A DNA stretch of 63,977 bases, filler included, from an uncultured bacterium (GCA_964372275.1; 7 parts of 7 records of this genome joined end to end with filler, not necessarily neighbours in it); one strand, 5' to 3'; positions 34,331 to 44,993 are shown, counted from the whole stretch's first letter. A program made the numbers and translations. Notes: generated from the sequence alone by a model not told the origin.

Positions 34331-34780
34331 CTACTTCGGCTTGGAGTTCTCGAGCTCCTTCATCGCCCGCTCGGCCAGCGCCCGGCCCCAGTTCTCGCCG
34401 ATCTTGGTCGACTCGGCGACGATGGCCGGCTGCGCCTTGACGAAGTTCTTCCCCGCCGCCGACTCGTAGAACTTGATCGTCGCGTCGAGATCGGGCTCGG
34501 CCAGGTGCTTCATGTAGACGGGCACGACCATCTCGGCGAGGTCCTCCTTGATCGCCAGCTCGCGGAACTTGGCGGTGAACCCCGGAGGCAGCCCCGGCAT
34601 CTGGTCGAACTGCTGCAGCATCGTGTCGAGCATCTGCTTCCCCATCTGGTCGGCGCCGGTCAACAGCAGGAGCTTGCGGACCTTCTGCTCCTTCGGGGAC
34701 GGGGCGGCGAAGGCCAGAGGAACGGCGACGGCCAGACCGAGACAAAAGGCGAACAGGGGGGACAGGCGGCGAGCGTTCAT
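34331..34780 (-). CDS. DUF2059 domain protein
   Basis: Signal peptide; VPVYMKHL.E.DL.A.IKFYES.AGK.FV..QP. Confidence 0.85.
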   Translation of the reverse strand: MNARRLSPLFAFCLGLAVAVPLAFAAPSPKEQKVRKLLLLTGADQMGKQMLDTMLQQFDQMPGLPPGFTAKFRELAIKEDLAEMVVPVYMKHLAEPDLDATIKFYESAAGKNFVKAQPAIVAESTKIGENWGRALAERAMKELENSKPK

Positions 34781-34947
34781 CGGACCTCCGTAGGGAACGA
34801 GGCAAAAGTGTAGGCGAACTGCAGGCGTGAAAGCGAGTCCACCACATGGGACGCGGTCGGCCACCCATTCCTTCGAGGTCCCCGACCTGCCGGGCGGTCG
34901 GTCGGCTCGGCCTCCGGGTGTCACCGCAGCCCGGCGCCGCGGCCGCC

Positions 34948-36123
34948 TCAGTAGAGGAGGTGGCGCTTCCGGATCTCGAGGAAGGCGGCCAGCTCCTCGC
35001 GCCAGGAGGCCTCGATCTCGGAGAGCTTCGCCTCGGCTTCGATGGCGGTGCGGATCTCGTGGCGGCCGAGGAGCAGGTCGATCGCCAGGTGGTCGTTCTC
35101 GAACTCGTAGGGCTCGCGCCGCCAGTCGAACTCCTTGGGGGAGAGGCGGCGCAGGTGCTTCACGACCGCGATCCCGGTGAGGTAGCTCTTGAACGACTCG
35201 CGGTCGGTGACGTGGAGCTGCACGCCGCCGCAGCGCTGCCCCTTGTATTTGTGGAACGTCGGCATGAAGTAGTGCGGCCGGAAGCGGACCCCCGGCAGCC
35301 CCTCCTCGGTCAGCGCCTCGGCCAGCGCGTAGGCGTCGACCCAGGTCGCGCCGACGAATTCGAACGGCTTGGTCGTGCCCCGCGCCTCCGAGACGTTGGT
35401 CCCTTCGATCAGGCACATTCCGGGGTAGACCGTCGCCGTCTCCAGCGTCGGCATGTTCGGCGAGGGGATCACCCAGGGCAGCTCCGTCTGGTCGAACCAC
35501 ATCTCGCGGTTCCAGCCACGCATCGGGACGACGGTGAGGCGACAGCCGATCCCGAACTCGGCGTTGAACAGCCCGGCGAGCTCCCCCGGCGTCATCCCGT
35601 GGCGGACCGGGATCGGGTAGCGGCCGACGAACGAGCGCAACGGCCGGTTGAGGACGTTCCCTTCCACCAGCACGCCGCCGAGCGGGTTGGGACGATCGAG
35701 GACGATCACCTCCTTCCCCAGCCTGGCCGCCGCCTCCATGCAGTAGGACATGGTGTAGACGTAGGTGTAGTAGCGGCTGCCGATGTCCTGGATGTCGACC
35801 ACCATCGTGTCGACCTCCGCCAGCATCTCCGCGGTCGGTGCCAGCGACTCCTTGGTGTTCCCGTAGAGGGAATGCATCGCGAGGCCGGTGCGCGCGTCAC
35901 GCTCCTCCTCGACGTGGATCATGTCCTGCGCGTCGCCGCGCGCCCCGTGCTCCGGCCCGAAGATCACCCGGAGGTCGATTGCCGGATGGCGATGGAACAG
36001 GTCGATGGCGTGCGCCAGGTCGGGGGTGACCGACGTGGGATTGACCACCAACGCCGCGCGTTTTCCCTTGAGCAGGTCGATTTGGTCCTGGAGAATTCGT
36101 TCCAGCCCGACGACGACGCGCAT
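34948..36123 (-). CDS. DUF1343 / NamZ-like exo-beta-N-acetylmuramidase
   Basis: FGPEHG.RG, SLYG, DIQDIGSRYYTY, LDRPNP, RHGMT.GELA, W..PSPNMP, LIEGTNVSE.RGT. Confidence 0.92.
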   Translation of the reverse strand: MRVVVGLERILQDQIDLLKGKRAALVVNPTSVTPDLAHAIDLFHRHPAIDLRVIFGPEHGARGDAQDMIHVEEERDARTGLAMHSLYGNTKESLAPTAEMLAEVDTMVVDIQDIGSRYYTYVYTMSYCMEAAARLGKEVIVLDRPNPLGGVLVEGNVLNRPLRSFVGRYPIPVRHGMTPGELAGLFNAEFGIGCRLTVVPMRGWNREMWFDQTELPWVIPSPNMPTLETATVYPGMCLIEGTNVSEARGTTKPFEFVGATWVDAYALAEALTEEGLPGVRFRPHYFMPTFHKYKGQRCGGVQLHVTDRESFKSYLTGIAVVKHLRRLSPKEFDWRREPYEFENDHLAIDLLLGRHEIRTAIEAEAKLSEIEASWREELAAFLEIRKRHLLY

Positions 36124-36169
36124 GACGCACCCGAACCTATCACGGTGCGTGCAGAAGGACCTGGAACCG

Positions 36170-36898
36170 ATGACCTCGAGGTCGAAACGCGGAGCACGCC
36201 CGTGGATCCTGGCGGTCGGCGCCGTGGCCGCGTGCGGTGACGACAACGGCGGGGGGACCCGGTTCGGTGGCTACGTGGAGCTGGTCTACGAGGACCGCCG
36301 GGTTGGAGATCCGGATCGAGGCTCCGCCGCCGCCCTCTTCGGCTCCGGGTCGGTCGACCTCGGGCCGGCGATGGATACGTGCGAGGAGTTCGAGACTCTG
36401 AGCGACTACGACATCCCGGATCCGCTCGACGCCGGCGCGGTGGTCCAGCTCACCAGCGGCGAATCCCAGCACACGCTCGAGCCTGTGACCGAGGTGCTGC
36501 GGGTCTACTCCTGGGGAGACGACGCCGACGAAATCTAGCTCGACGCCGACTACGACCTGAACCTGGCGGGCGGTGCGGATCTCGACACGGTGACCGTTCC
36601 GTTGGCACTGTCGGTGCCTCCGCCGCTGGTCGTCTCCACCGACCATTCGCTCGCGTCCGCGGTCGCGTGGACGTCGAACGGTGCGGATGAGCTGTTCATC
36701 GAGCTCTACGGAGCGACGTCGTTCCGCTGTCGGGTTGCGAACGACGGTTCGTTCGACGTGCCGGCCGAGGTCGCGACCGCGCTGCCCGGGTCCAGCGACG
36801 GGCTGATCGTCGCCCGAAACCTGCGCACCGTCGACGTGCAGGGCCGGGAGGTCACGCTGGTGGGCGCCTACGCCGTCGAGGTCGGTTTCTCGAACTGA
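36170..36898 (+). pseudogene. Lipoprotein gene interrupted by an in-frame TAG at 36536-36538
   Basis: Lipobox VAAC; the frame continues past the TAG to a TGA at 36898; both halves match paralog 3413-4294. Confidence 0.72.
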
Positions 36899-38673
36899 AC
36901 CGGCGCGCCGGGAAGGGGTCCGCCGCCGCCGACGCGAGAAGTGTCTCGGCGGCCGAGCAGGAACCAGGTGCGCATCTCGCCCTTGCCCTTCACCTGGATC
37001 GGTCCGCGTGTCTCGAATTCGAAGCGGTCGCGCAAGCGGAGATAGACCGGCTCGGTGACCTGGATCCGGCCGGGCAGGCCGCTCGACTCCATGCGACTGG
37101 CGATGTTCACGCTGTCACCCCACAGGTCGTAGATGAACTTCTTCCGGCCGATGACGCCGGCGACGACCGGTCCGGTGTTGATGCCGATGCGGATTTCGAG
37201 CGCCGCACCCCGCTCGCGGTTGAACTCTGCCATCGCCTCCAACATGTCCAGGGCCATCGCCGCCACCGCCTCGACGTGGTCGGGGTGCGGCTCGGGAAGG
37301 CCGGCCACCACCATGTAGGCGTCGCCGATCGTCTTGATCTTCTCCAGGCCGTGGCGCTCGGCGAGCGCGTCGAAGCGGGAGAAGACGCCGTTCAGCATCG
37401 TGACCAGCGGCACCGGCCCGACGCGGGCGGCGAGATCGGTGAAGCCGACGAGGTCGGAAAAGAGCACGGTGACCTCGGCGAAGCTGTCGGCGATCGTCTG
37501 CTCGTCCTGCTTCAGCCGGTCGGCGATCGACTTCGGGAGGACGTTGAGGAGCAGCCGCTCCGACCGCTCGCGCTCCGCGTTCAACAGGCGGGTCAGGCGC
37601 TCGAGGCTGCCCAGCATCCCGTTGATCGAGAGGCCCAGGTGCGCGATCTCTCCCTGGCCCGTGGCGGTCACACGTAGCGAATGGTCGGCCCGGTCGGCGA
37701 CGTTTTGCACTTCGTCCGAGAGGCGGGTGACGGGGGCCACGACCAGCCGCTCGACCAGGAGCAGGACGACCGCGCCGAAGACCAGGCCGGCGATCGCCAC
37801 CGAAAGCGCGAGCGATCGGGAGCCGGCGAGGCCTCGGGCGTAGACCTCGCGCGGCATGCCGATCCGGAACAGGAGGAACGGATCTCCGCGGACGTCCGCG
37901 AGCAGCCCGTAGCCGGTCATCAACCGGTCGTCGATGGCCTGGACGTGGACCGGCGCCGAGACGGAGAGCCGGCCGAGCGCGGAGGCGAGCTCCGGCTCGT
38001 TCGCGGCCTCGGCGACGGTGCGCACGCCGACGTCGAGGCGCAGCGCCTCGGCCAGGCGCCGGACCTCGTCGGCGTCGAGCGACCGGCCCATCACCAGCGT
38101 GCCGGCGGGAGGACCGCCCCGGGAGCTGGTGAGGACCGGGTGCGCCGCCACGAGCATCGGACCGTCCGGCGTCGAGACCAGACCGGCGGCCTCTCCGTGC
38201 GTGCCGCGGCCTCTCGCGGCGTAGGGGGCGTCGACCGGGAATCGAAGTCCGTCGGGGGGCGGCGGCGGGCGCTCGACGCCGGTCATCCGGTCGAACCCCT
38301 TCGCGTAGACGACGCGGCCGGCGGTGTCGGAGAGCAGGAGGAGGCTCAACCGGTTCTGCACGAAGGTGGTGTCGACGAAGTTGACGTCGATGAAGGCGCG
38401 GTCCCTCCCTCCACCGCGCAGGAAGCGGTAGCTGTCGTCCCAGCAGGCGTAGTCTCGCGCGGTGATGTACAGCTTCTCGACCTCGTCGCGGACGGCGTTG
38501 AGCACGCGCTCGACGTGGCGGCGGGAGAGGTCCTCCTCCAGCCGGACGAAACTCCCGAGGAGGACCGCGCGCAGCGGCAGGTACATCCCGCCCGCGAGCG
38601 CCAGCGTCGTGACAGCGACGATCAGCAGCGTCCTCGCCCGTAGCGTGGCGAGCGGCCCCTGCCCCTCCCGCAT
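36868..38673 (-). CDS. Adenylate/guanylate cyclase with CHASE4 and HAMP domains
   Basis: TM-DYACWDDSY (CHASE4)-TM-HAMP; FSDLVGFT, KIKTIGDAYM, RIGINTGPVVAGVIG, YDLWGDSVNIASRMES. Confidence 0.94.
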   Translation of the reverse strand: MREGQGPLATLRARTLLIVAVTTLALAGGMYLPLRAVLLGSFVRLEEDLSRRHVERVLNAVRDEVEKLYITARDYACWDDSYRFLRGGGRDRAFIDVNFVDTTFVQNRLSLLLLSDTAGRVVYAKGFDRMTGVERPPPPPDGLRFPVDAPYAARGRGTHGEAAGLVSTPDGPMLVAAHPVLTSSRGGPPAGTLVMGRSLDADEVRRLAEALRLDVGVRTVAEAANEPELASALGRLSVSAPVHVQAIDDRLMTGYGLLADVRGDPFLLFRIGMPREVYARGLAGSRSLALSVAIAGLVFGAVVLLLVERLVVAPVTRLSDEVQNVADRADHSLRVTATGQGEIAHLGLSINGMLGSLERLTRLLNAERERSERLLLNVLPKSIADRLKQDEQTIADSFAEVTVLFSDLVGFTDLAARVGPVPLVTMLNGVFSRFDALAERHGLEKIKTIGDAYMVVAGLPEPHPDHVEAVAAMALDMLEAMAEFNRERGAALEIRIGINTGPVVAGVIGRKKFIYDLWGDSVNIASRMESSGLPGRIQVTEPVYLRLRDRFEFETRGPIQVKGKGEMRTWFLLGRRDTSRVGGGGPLPGAPVQFEKPTSTA

Positions 38674-38756
38674 CCGCTTCACGGCGCGGCCGGCGGAGGT
38701 CAGCGTCTCGGGCCGGTCGCCGGAGGCGGTGATCCGCTCGACGTGCGGCGGACCCG

Positions 38757-39635
38757 TCACGCGGCCTCGCCGGGAAGCAGGGCGCGGATCCTCGCCGAGA
38801 CCAGGCCGCGCATCCGGGCCGTGACCGGGCCGGGGGCGGCCGTGCGGGTCGGCGCCCCGTCGAGCGTGCGCACCGGCACGACCTCCTTGAGGGTGCTGGT
38901 GAGGAAGAGCTCGTCGGCGCGGCGCAGGTCGTCCGCCGCGAGGTTCAGCTCGACCGCCGGGATCCCGGCCTCGCGCGCGGCGTCGAGCGCCACCCTCCGC
39001 GTCACCCCCTCCAGGATCCCGGCCGAGAGCGGCGGCGTCGCCAGCACGCCGTCGAGGACGGCGAAGAGCGACGAGGTGGTCGCTTCGGTCGCGAAACCAT
39101 CGACGTTGAGCATCACCGCGTCGTCGTCGCCGGCCTCGCGCGCTTCGATCATCGCCAGGATGCTGTTCAGGTAGTTCCCGCTCTTGATCGCCGGATCGAG
39201 CGACGCGCGCGGAAGGCGGCGGGTGGCGGCGATGCGGAGCCGGATCCCCCGCTCGTAGACGGCCGGGTCGACCGGCCGGAATTCGCGCACGATCACGTAG
39301 AGCGATCCGGGCGATGCCAGGCCCGCGGCGAGCCCGAACTCCCCCGTGCCGCGGGTGACGACGATCCGCACGTAGGACTCGGCGTTGCCCGCGACGTCGA
39401 GCGTCTCGCGGACGCGACGCTCGACGCCGGCGCGGTCGAGCGGAGGAGCGAGGCGAATGCGCTCCATCGACCGCCACATCCGGTCGAGGTGCGGCCCAAG
39501 CGCGAAGAGCCGGCCGGCATAGGTGCGCAGCGTCTCGTAGACCGAGTCGCCGTAGAGGAACGACCGGTCGAAGATCGGCACCCACGCCTGCTCCGGCGGA
39601 ACGATCCGTCCGTCGAGATTCACCCGAACGGCCAT
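38757..39635 (-). CDS. Aminotransferase class IV (IlvE/PabC-like)
   Basis: DRSFLYGDSVYETLR, HLDR, IKSGNYL, ILEGVTR, ADELFLTST. Confidence 0.92.
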   Translation of the reverse strand: MAVRVNLDGRIVPPEQAWVPIFDRSFLYGDSVYETLRTYAGRLFALGPHLDRMWRSMERIRLAPPLDRAGVERRVRETLDVAGNAESYVRIVVTRGTGEFGLAAGLASPGSLYVIVREFRPVDPAVYERGIRLRIAATRRLPRASLDPAIKSGNYLNSILAMIEAREAGDDDAVMLNVDGFATEATTSSLFAVLDGVLATPPLSAGILEGVTRRVALDAAREAGIPAVELNLAADDLRRADELFLTSTLKEVVPVRTLDGAPTRTAAPGPVTARMRGLVSARIRALLPGEAA

Positions 39636-39706
39636 GCCGCGGACGGTAACATCGCCCGGGCCGGCCGACCCTTGCGCGACGGCGACGCCGACGCTCCGGC
39701 CTGCCG

Positions 39707-40915
39707 CTAGAGACCCATCTCGTCGAGGTGGGCGCGGATCACGGCCCCGCGCTCACCGGCCACCTGCCGGATGGTCTCGACCGAGACCTGCCAGGTCTCC
39801 ACCGAGGTGGTCGGATCCTCCTCCACGCCGGGGGCGAGCTGCTCCGCGATCCGGTCGATCTCGGCCACCAGGCGTCCGGCATCCGCCGCGCCGCCGGCGC
39901 CGGTCAGCGCCCGGATGCGCGCGGCATAGCGCGCGCGCAGCGTCGCGTCGGCGAGCAGTCGCCGCGTCAGGACGTTGCCCTCGTGGTTGGCAAATACGTG
40001 CCGCTCGGTTCCGTGGAGCGTCCAGTCCTTGTCCCAGGGCACGAAGCGGATCGGGCCGCTGCCCACGGGAAGCGGCTGATAGAGATAGAAGTTGTTGAGC
40101 GACCAGTCCCCGGTCAGGCCGTCCTCCTCGTCCAGCGCCGCCTCGACGGCGAGGTAGTCGAGCAGCTCGGCCCAATCGAGATGGCGACCGACGGCGTCGG
40201 CGAACTCGCCGTCGGTGGAGAGGTTGATCGTCTCGATGAGCGTGAGCAGGCCGGACGGGTCGAGCGACGTCTCGTGGGTCTGCGGCTGGAACGGGGACGG
40301 GACGTAGCGGTCCGGCTCGGGTCCGCGCCACTCGAACCCGTACGCCTCGACCCACTCGTAGTCGAAGAGGTTGCCGTCCTCCTCCTCGCCGAATCGCGCG
40401 CGAACGAATCGCTTGTCGACCGGCTCGACGACGCCGTAGAGGCCGACCGGCGCTCCGTTCACGCGGAGGCGGCCGTGCGCCACCCGGGGCGCGGCCAGTC
40501 CGGCGCGGCGGAAGACGCCCATCGCCACCCGCTCCTTCATCATCGCCGCGTCCTGCGTCAGGTTGTCGAGCACGAGCGACTTGAGACCGTGGAATCGCCG
40601 GCCGCGCGCGTATCGGTCGAAGTCGACCTTGAGCCCCGGCTTGACGTCGCTGCGCGATCCGTTTCCACGCGAGCGGATCCCGACCTCCTCCACCCTCTCG
40701 CCGTCGAAGACGAGCGTCGCACGGAACCAGACGTCTTCGAGATAGCGCCCCCGGAGCTCGTCCCAGTCGGAGGCCGGCAGGAGGAGCTCGACGTCGTGCA
40801 GCGCCTCCTCCGAGAAGATCGCGGAGGCGTCATCCATCGGGTCGGGATCGACCCGGGATTCGACCGGCGCGCAGGCACTGACTGTCACCGTGGCGAGGAT
40901 CACGAGGCGAGACAT
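39707..40915 (-). CDS. CotH kinase family lipoprotein
   Basis: Lipobox VSAC; GIRSRGNGS, KPGLKVDFD, GLY..VE.VD, NNFYLY, PWDKD. Confidence 0.87.
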   Translation of the reverse strand: MSRLVILATVTVSACAPVESRVDPDPMDDASAIFSEEALHDVELLLPASDWDELRGRYLEDVWFRATLVFDGERVEEVGIRSRGNGSRSDVKPGLKVDFDRYARGRRFHGLKSLVLDNLTQDAAMMKERVAMGVFRRAGLAAPRVAHGRLRVNGAPVGLYGVVEPVDKRFVRARFGEEEDGNLFDYEWVEAYGFEWRGPEPDRYVPSPFQPQTHETSLDPSGLLTLIETINLSTDGEFADAVGRHLDWAELLDYLAVEAALDEEDGLTGDWSLNNFYLYQPLPVGSGPIRFVPWDKDWTLHGTERHVFANHEGNVLTRRLLADATLRARYAARIRALTGAGGAADAGRLVAEIDRIAEQLAPGVEEDPTTSVETWQVSVETIRQVAGERGAVIRAHLDEMGL

Positions 40916-41079
40916 GCGAGAACGGTCCATGCCGGACGGAACGAGCAACCGGCATACCGGTGAGGAGCGTCACGACCGCGCCGCATTCCGCCGCGTGGTA
41001 ACGACGACCCGCCGGCGGCGCGGAGCCCTCGGGCTCCACGTGGTGGCGCCGGGCTCCGATCCGACCCGACCGGCCCGGC

Positions 41080-41378
41080 CTAGCGGGTCGTCGCCTGTCC
41101 GGCGCCGGCGTTGCCCGCGCGGTCGCGGGCGCGGACCACCACCACGTGCTCCCCCGGGCCGGGCGCCGGAAGCGTCGCCTCGAATCGCTCGCGGTCGGCG
41201 TCGGAAACGCCGTCGGCCGGGGGAAGCAGCACCCAATCGCCCCCGTCGATCGCCGCGTGCGCATCGGCCACGCCGCCGGCATCGCTCACCGTCGCGCGGA
41301 CGACGATCCCATCGCGCGACGCCGACGCCTCGACGCGCTCGACCCGCGGCGGCGTCGAGTCGAGCTCGAACGGACCGG
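41080..41378 (-). CDS. C-terminal fragment of a secreted protein (Ig-like end)
   Basis: DSTPPRV...IDGGDW....PADGVSD..RERF...GEHVVVVRARDRAGN. Confidence 0.55.
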
Positions 41379-41478
41379 NNNNNNNNNNNNNNNNNNNNNN
41401 NNNNNNNNNNNNNNNNNNNNNNTTAATTAATTAANNNNNNNNNNNNNNNNNNNNNNNNNNNNNNNNNNNNNNNNNNNN
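41379..41478. other. Artificial contig linker
   Basis: N runs with TTAATTAATTAA. Confidence 0.99.
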
Positions 41479-42573
41479 TTGCACCTCCCGCAGTCCGCCC
41501 CCCGCCAACCGACGGTGCGGCCGTTCTCGTACGTCGTGCCGTTGTCGTGGTCGGTCTTCGGCTACGGCGAGGCGCTGACCGGGGAGCAGCGGCTCTCCCG
41601 CGCGTCGCTCCTCCTCGCGCCGCTGTTCGCGGCGGCGGCGCTGGCGCGGCTGCGGGCGATGCGGCGCTCCTTCGAGGTGGTGCACGCGCATTGGCTCGTC
41701 CCGAACGGCTTCCTGGCGGCGGTGGCGGCCCCCGACCGGCCGCTGGTGGTGACGTTGCACGGGTCGGACGTCTACCTCGCCGAGCGCTCGGCGGCGATGC
41801 GGGCGGCGGCCCGGTACGCGATCCGGCGGGCCGCGGCGATCGTCCCGGTGAGCGAGGACCTCGCCCGCCGGGCGCAGCTCCTCGGCGCCGATCCGGCGCG
41901 CATGACGGTGATCCCCTGCGGCGCCGATCCGCGCGTCTTCGACCGTCCGGCGGGCCGCGGCGACCGCGACGCGATTCGTCAACGGCTCGGGGTGGGGACA
42001 CGCCCGCTGGTGTTGTTCGTCGGCAACCTCGTTCCGAAGAAGGGGGTCGCCTACCTGTTGCGGGCGGCGGCGAGTCTGCGTCGGACGCGGACGGACGCCA
42101 CCTTCGCGTTGATCGGCGACGGGCCGTTGGCCGAGGCGCTCAAGCTCGAGGCGGCCTCGCGCGGGCTTCTCGCGCCGGACCTCACCTTCGTCGGTCAGGT
42201 GGCGTGGAACGAGATCCCGGCGTGGTACGCGGCGGCCGACCTGTTCGTCGCGCCGGCGGTGGTCGACGACGCCGGAAACGTCGACGGCCTGCCGACGGTG
42301 CTCCTGGAGGCGATGGCCTCGTCGCTGCCGGTCGTCTCGACGCGCGTGGCGGGGATCCCGATGGCGGTGCGGTCGGGGGAGACGGGGACGCTCGTCGAGC
42401 CGGCGGACGCCGAGGCGCTCGCGGCGGCGATCGGCGAGCTGTTGGAGGATCGGGAGAAGGCGAGGCGTTTCGGGGAGGCGGGTAGGCGGCTGCTGGAGAC
42501 GGAGTTGTCGTGGGAGCGGATCGCGCGGAAGTACGAGGCGGTGTACGAGGCGGTGGCAGGAGGGGTGGGGTGA
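41479..42573 (+). CDS. Glycosyltransferase family 4 (5'-truncated)
   Basis: VHAHW, TLHGSD, FVG.L..KKG, DGLPTVLLEAMA. Confidence 0.92.
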   Translation: MHLPQSAPRQPTVRPFSYVVPLSWSVFGYGEALTGEQRLSRASLLLAPLFAAAALARLRAMRRSFEVVHAHWLVPNGFLAAVAAPDRPLVVTLHGSDVYLAERSAAMRAAARYAIRRAAAIVPVSEDLARRAQLLGADPARMTVIPCGADPRVFDRPAGRGDRDAIRQRLGVGTRPLVLFVGNLVPKKGVAYLLRAAASLRRTRTDATFALIGDGPLAEALKLEAASRGLLAPDLTFVGQVAWNEIPAWYAAADLFVAPAVVDDAGNVDGLPTVLLEAMASSLPVVSTRVAGIPMAVRSGETGTLVEPADAEALAAAIGELLEDREKARRFGEAGRRLLETELSWERIARKYEAVYEAVAGGVG

Positions 42574-43580
42574 CGCAGGCACGGAGAAGGGGGGCGCGGG
42601 GCGGGCTCGACGTGCTGGTGACGGGGGGCGCGGGGTACATCGGGGCGCACGTGGTGCGCGCACTCGCCGAGAGGGGGCACCGGCCGGTGGTGCTCGATGA
42701 TTTGAGCGTGTCCGACCGGCGGAGGGTCGGGCGGTTTCCGTTGGAGAGGGTGTCGATCGAAGACGGCTCGGCGGTGATCGCGGCGATGAAGCGCGTGCGG
42801 CCGGACGCGGTGATCCATCTCGCGGGGCGGATCAGCGTTCCCGGGTCGATCGCCGATCCGGAATCCTACTGGCGGACGAACCTCGGCGGTTCGGCGGCGT
42901 TGCTGCTCGGTTGCGCCACGGCGTCGGTGAGGACCTTCCTCTTCTCGTCGACCGCGAACGTCTACGGGCTGTCGGCGAGGTCGAAGCCGATCTCGGAGCG
43001 GTCGCGTCCCGCTCCGAGCTCCCCCTACGGCGCCTCCAAGCTCGCCTTCGAGCGCCTGCTTCTCGGAAGTGCCGCTTCGCTCGGGATCCGCGCCGCGGCG
43101 CTGCGCTACTTCAACGCCGCCGGTGCGAACCCCGCCTGGGGGGTCGGCGAAGAGCATCGGCCCGAGGAGCACCTGATTCCGCGCGCCATCCGCGCCTTGC
43201 GCTCCGGCGAGGCGGTCACCGTCTACGGCCGCGACTACGACACCCCCGACGGGACCTGCGTCCGCGACTTCATCCACGTCACCGACCTCGCCGACGCCCA
43301 TGTCCGCGCGATCGAGTCGGCGGACCGCGCCTTCCCCGCGGGGCGCTCCTTGAACGTCGGCACCGGCCGCGGACACTCGGTGCTGCAGGCGGTGCAGGCC
43401 GTCGCCGCGGCGCTCGGGGTCGAACCGGCGGTCGAGTTCCTGCCGCGCCGTGCAGGCGACCCGCCGGTTCTGGTGGCGCGCCCGTCGCCGCGCCTCCGGA
43501 CGCTCGGCTGGCGCGCCCGGCACTCCTCCCTGGAGGAGATCGTCGCCGACGCCATCGCCTGGGATCGGACCCGCGAATAG
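42570..43580 (+). CDS. galE: UDP-glucose 4-epimerase
   Basis: TGGAGYIG, FSSTA.VYG, PYGASK, LRYFNAAGA, TPDGTCVRDFIHV. Confidence 0.92.
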   Translation: MTQARRRGARGGLDVLVTGGAGYIGAHVVRALAERGHRPVVLDDLSVSDRRRVGRFPLERVSIEDGSAVIAAMKRVRPDAVIHLAGRISVPGSIADPESYWRTNLGGSAALLLGCATASVRTFLFSSTANVYGLSARSKPISERSRPAPSSPYGASKLAFERLLLGSAASLGIRAAALRYFNAAGANPAWGVGEEHRPEEHLIPRAIRALRSGEAVTVYGRDYDTPDGTCVRDFIHVTDLADAHVRAIESADRAFPAGRSLNVGTGRGHSVLQAVQAVAAALGVEPAVEFLPRRAGDPPVLVARPSPRLRTLGWRARHSSLEEIVADAIAWDRTRE

Positions 43581-43589
43581 ACTAGGGGG

Positions 43590-44993
43590 ATGGGACGCAC
43601 CCGGCGGCAGGTGTTGAAGGGGATCGGGGCGGCGGCGGTCGGAGCGGCGGTCGGCTGCGGAAAACCCCGGTCGGAACGCGACGAAGAGGGGGTCGAACCG
43701 TGCGGTCCGCCGGAGCTGCGTCCGCCCGAGCCGGTCACCGACCTGTCGCCGGAGGAGCTGCTCGCGCCGATCGACACCGTCGTGGTGTTGATGATGGAGA
43801 ACCGCTCCTTCGACCACTACCTCGGGAGCCGCCGTCTCGTCGAAGGGTGCGGCGTCGACGGACTCACCGGCGTCGAGACCAACCCCGACCCCGACGGGAA
43901 CCCGGTCGGCGTCTTCGTCCTCGACGACTTCACCCCCGAGGATCCGCCGCACGGCTGGTCGGCGGCCCACGCGCAATGGAACAACGGCGCCAACGACGGC
44001 TTCGTGAAGGAGCACGCCGGGCCGTCGCAGGAGCAGGTGATGGGCTACCACCTGCGGTCGCAGCTGCCGACGATCCACGAGCTCGCCGACCGGTTCACCG
44101 TCTGCGACCGGTGGTTCTGCTCGGTCCTCGGGCCGACCTGGCCCAACCGCTTCTACCTGCACGGCGCCACGTCCGGCGGGATCAAGAACAACTCCGGTTA
44201 CGAGGGGATGGTCAGCGTCTTCGACCTTCTCGACGACGCCGGCATCCCCTCCCGCACCTACTTCCACGACCTCCCGTTCCAGGTCGCGTACGGGCGGTTC
44301 GGCGGAACGGCGCCGATCGAGCAGTTCTTCCAGGACGCGGCCGACGGGACGTTGCCGGCCTTTTCGATCATCGACCCCCAGTACGACGGGGCGGGCGCCA
44401 ACGACGACCATCCCGACCACGACATCCGACTCGGCCAGGCGTTGATGGCGACGATCTACGCCGCGCTCGCCTCGAGTCCGCAATGGGAGCGCTGCCTGTT
44501 CGTCCTCACCTACGACGAGAACGGCGGCTTCTACGATCACGTGCCGCCGCCGACCACCGTCGACGCCTTCGCGGGGTTTGAGCAGCTCGGATTCCGTGTT
44601 CCGGGGCTGGTGATGGGCCCCTACGTGCGTGCCGGGTCGGTGGCACGCGCCACGTTCGAGCACGTGTCGGTGATCGCCACCTTGACCCATCGCTTCGGGC
44701 TCACCGCCTTGAACGAACGGGTGACCGCGACCCACGACCTCTCCCGCTGCATCGATCCGGCGAGGCTCCGGAATCCGCTCCGGGCCCCGCGGATCGCGCC
44801 GGTGACGCTGTCGGTTTCGAACCTGCGCGCCCGCTTCGCGCGATCGGTCCCGCGTCACCATCCGGAGCTCCTGGACCTCGCCGACCGCGGCGGGATCCCG
44901 CGAAACCTCGACCGGCGCGCGGAAGGGGCCGACGTCACCCGCCGCGTGCTCGAGGCGGGGCGGAAGCTCGGCGCGATCCGACTGGTCGACTGA
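43590..44993 (+). CDS. Tat-exported phosphoesterase (phospholipase C family)
   Basis: TRRQVLK twin-arginine signal; MENRSFDHY, GPTWPNR, DHPDH, TYDENGGFYDHV.PP, GFRVP. Confidence 0.92.
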   Translation: MGRTRRQVLKGIGAAAVGAAVGCGKPRSERDEEGVEPCGPPELRPPEPVTDLSPEELLAPIDTVVVLMMENRSFDHYLGSRRLVEGCGVDGLTGVETNPDPDGNPVGVFVLDDFTPEDPPHGWSAAHAQWNNGANDGFVKEHAGPSQEQVMGYHLRSQLPTIHELADRFTVCDRWFCSVLGPTWPNRFYLHGATSGGIKNNSGYEGMVSVFDLLDDAGIPSRTYFHDLPFQVAYGRFGGTAPIEQFFQDAADGTLPAFSIIDPQYDGAGANDDHPDHDIRLGQALMATIYAALASSPQWERCLFVLTYDENGGFYDHVPPPTTVDAFAGFEQLGFRVPGLVMGPYVRAGSVARATFEHVSVIATLTHRFGLTALNERVTATHDLSRCIDPARLRNPLRAPRIAPVTLSVSNLRARFARSVPRHHPELLDLADRGGIPRNLDRRAEGADVTRRVLEAGRKLGAIRLVD

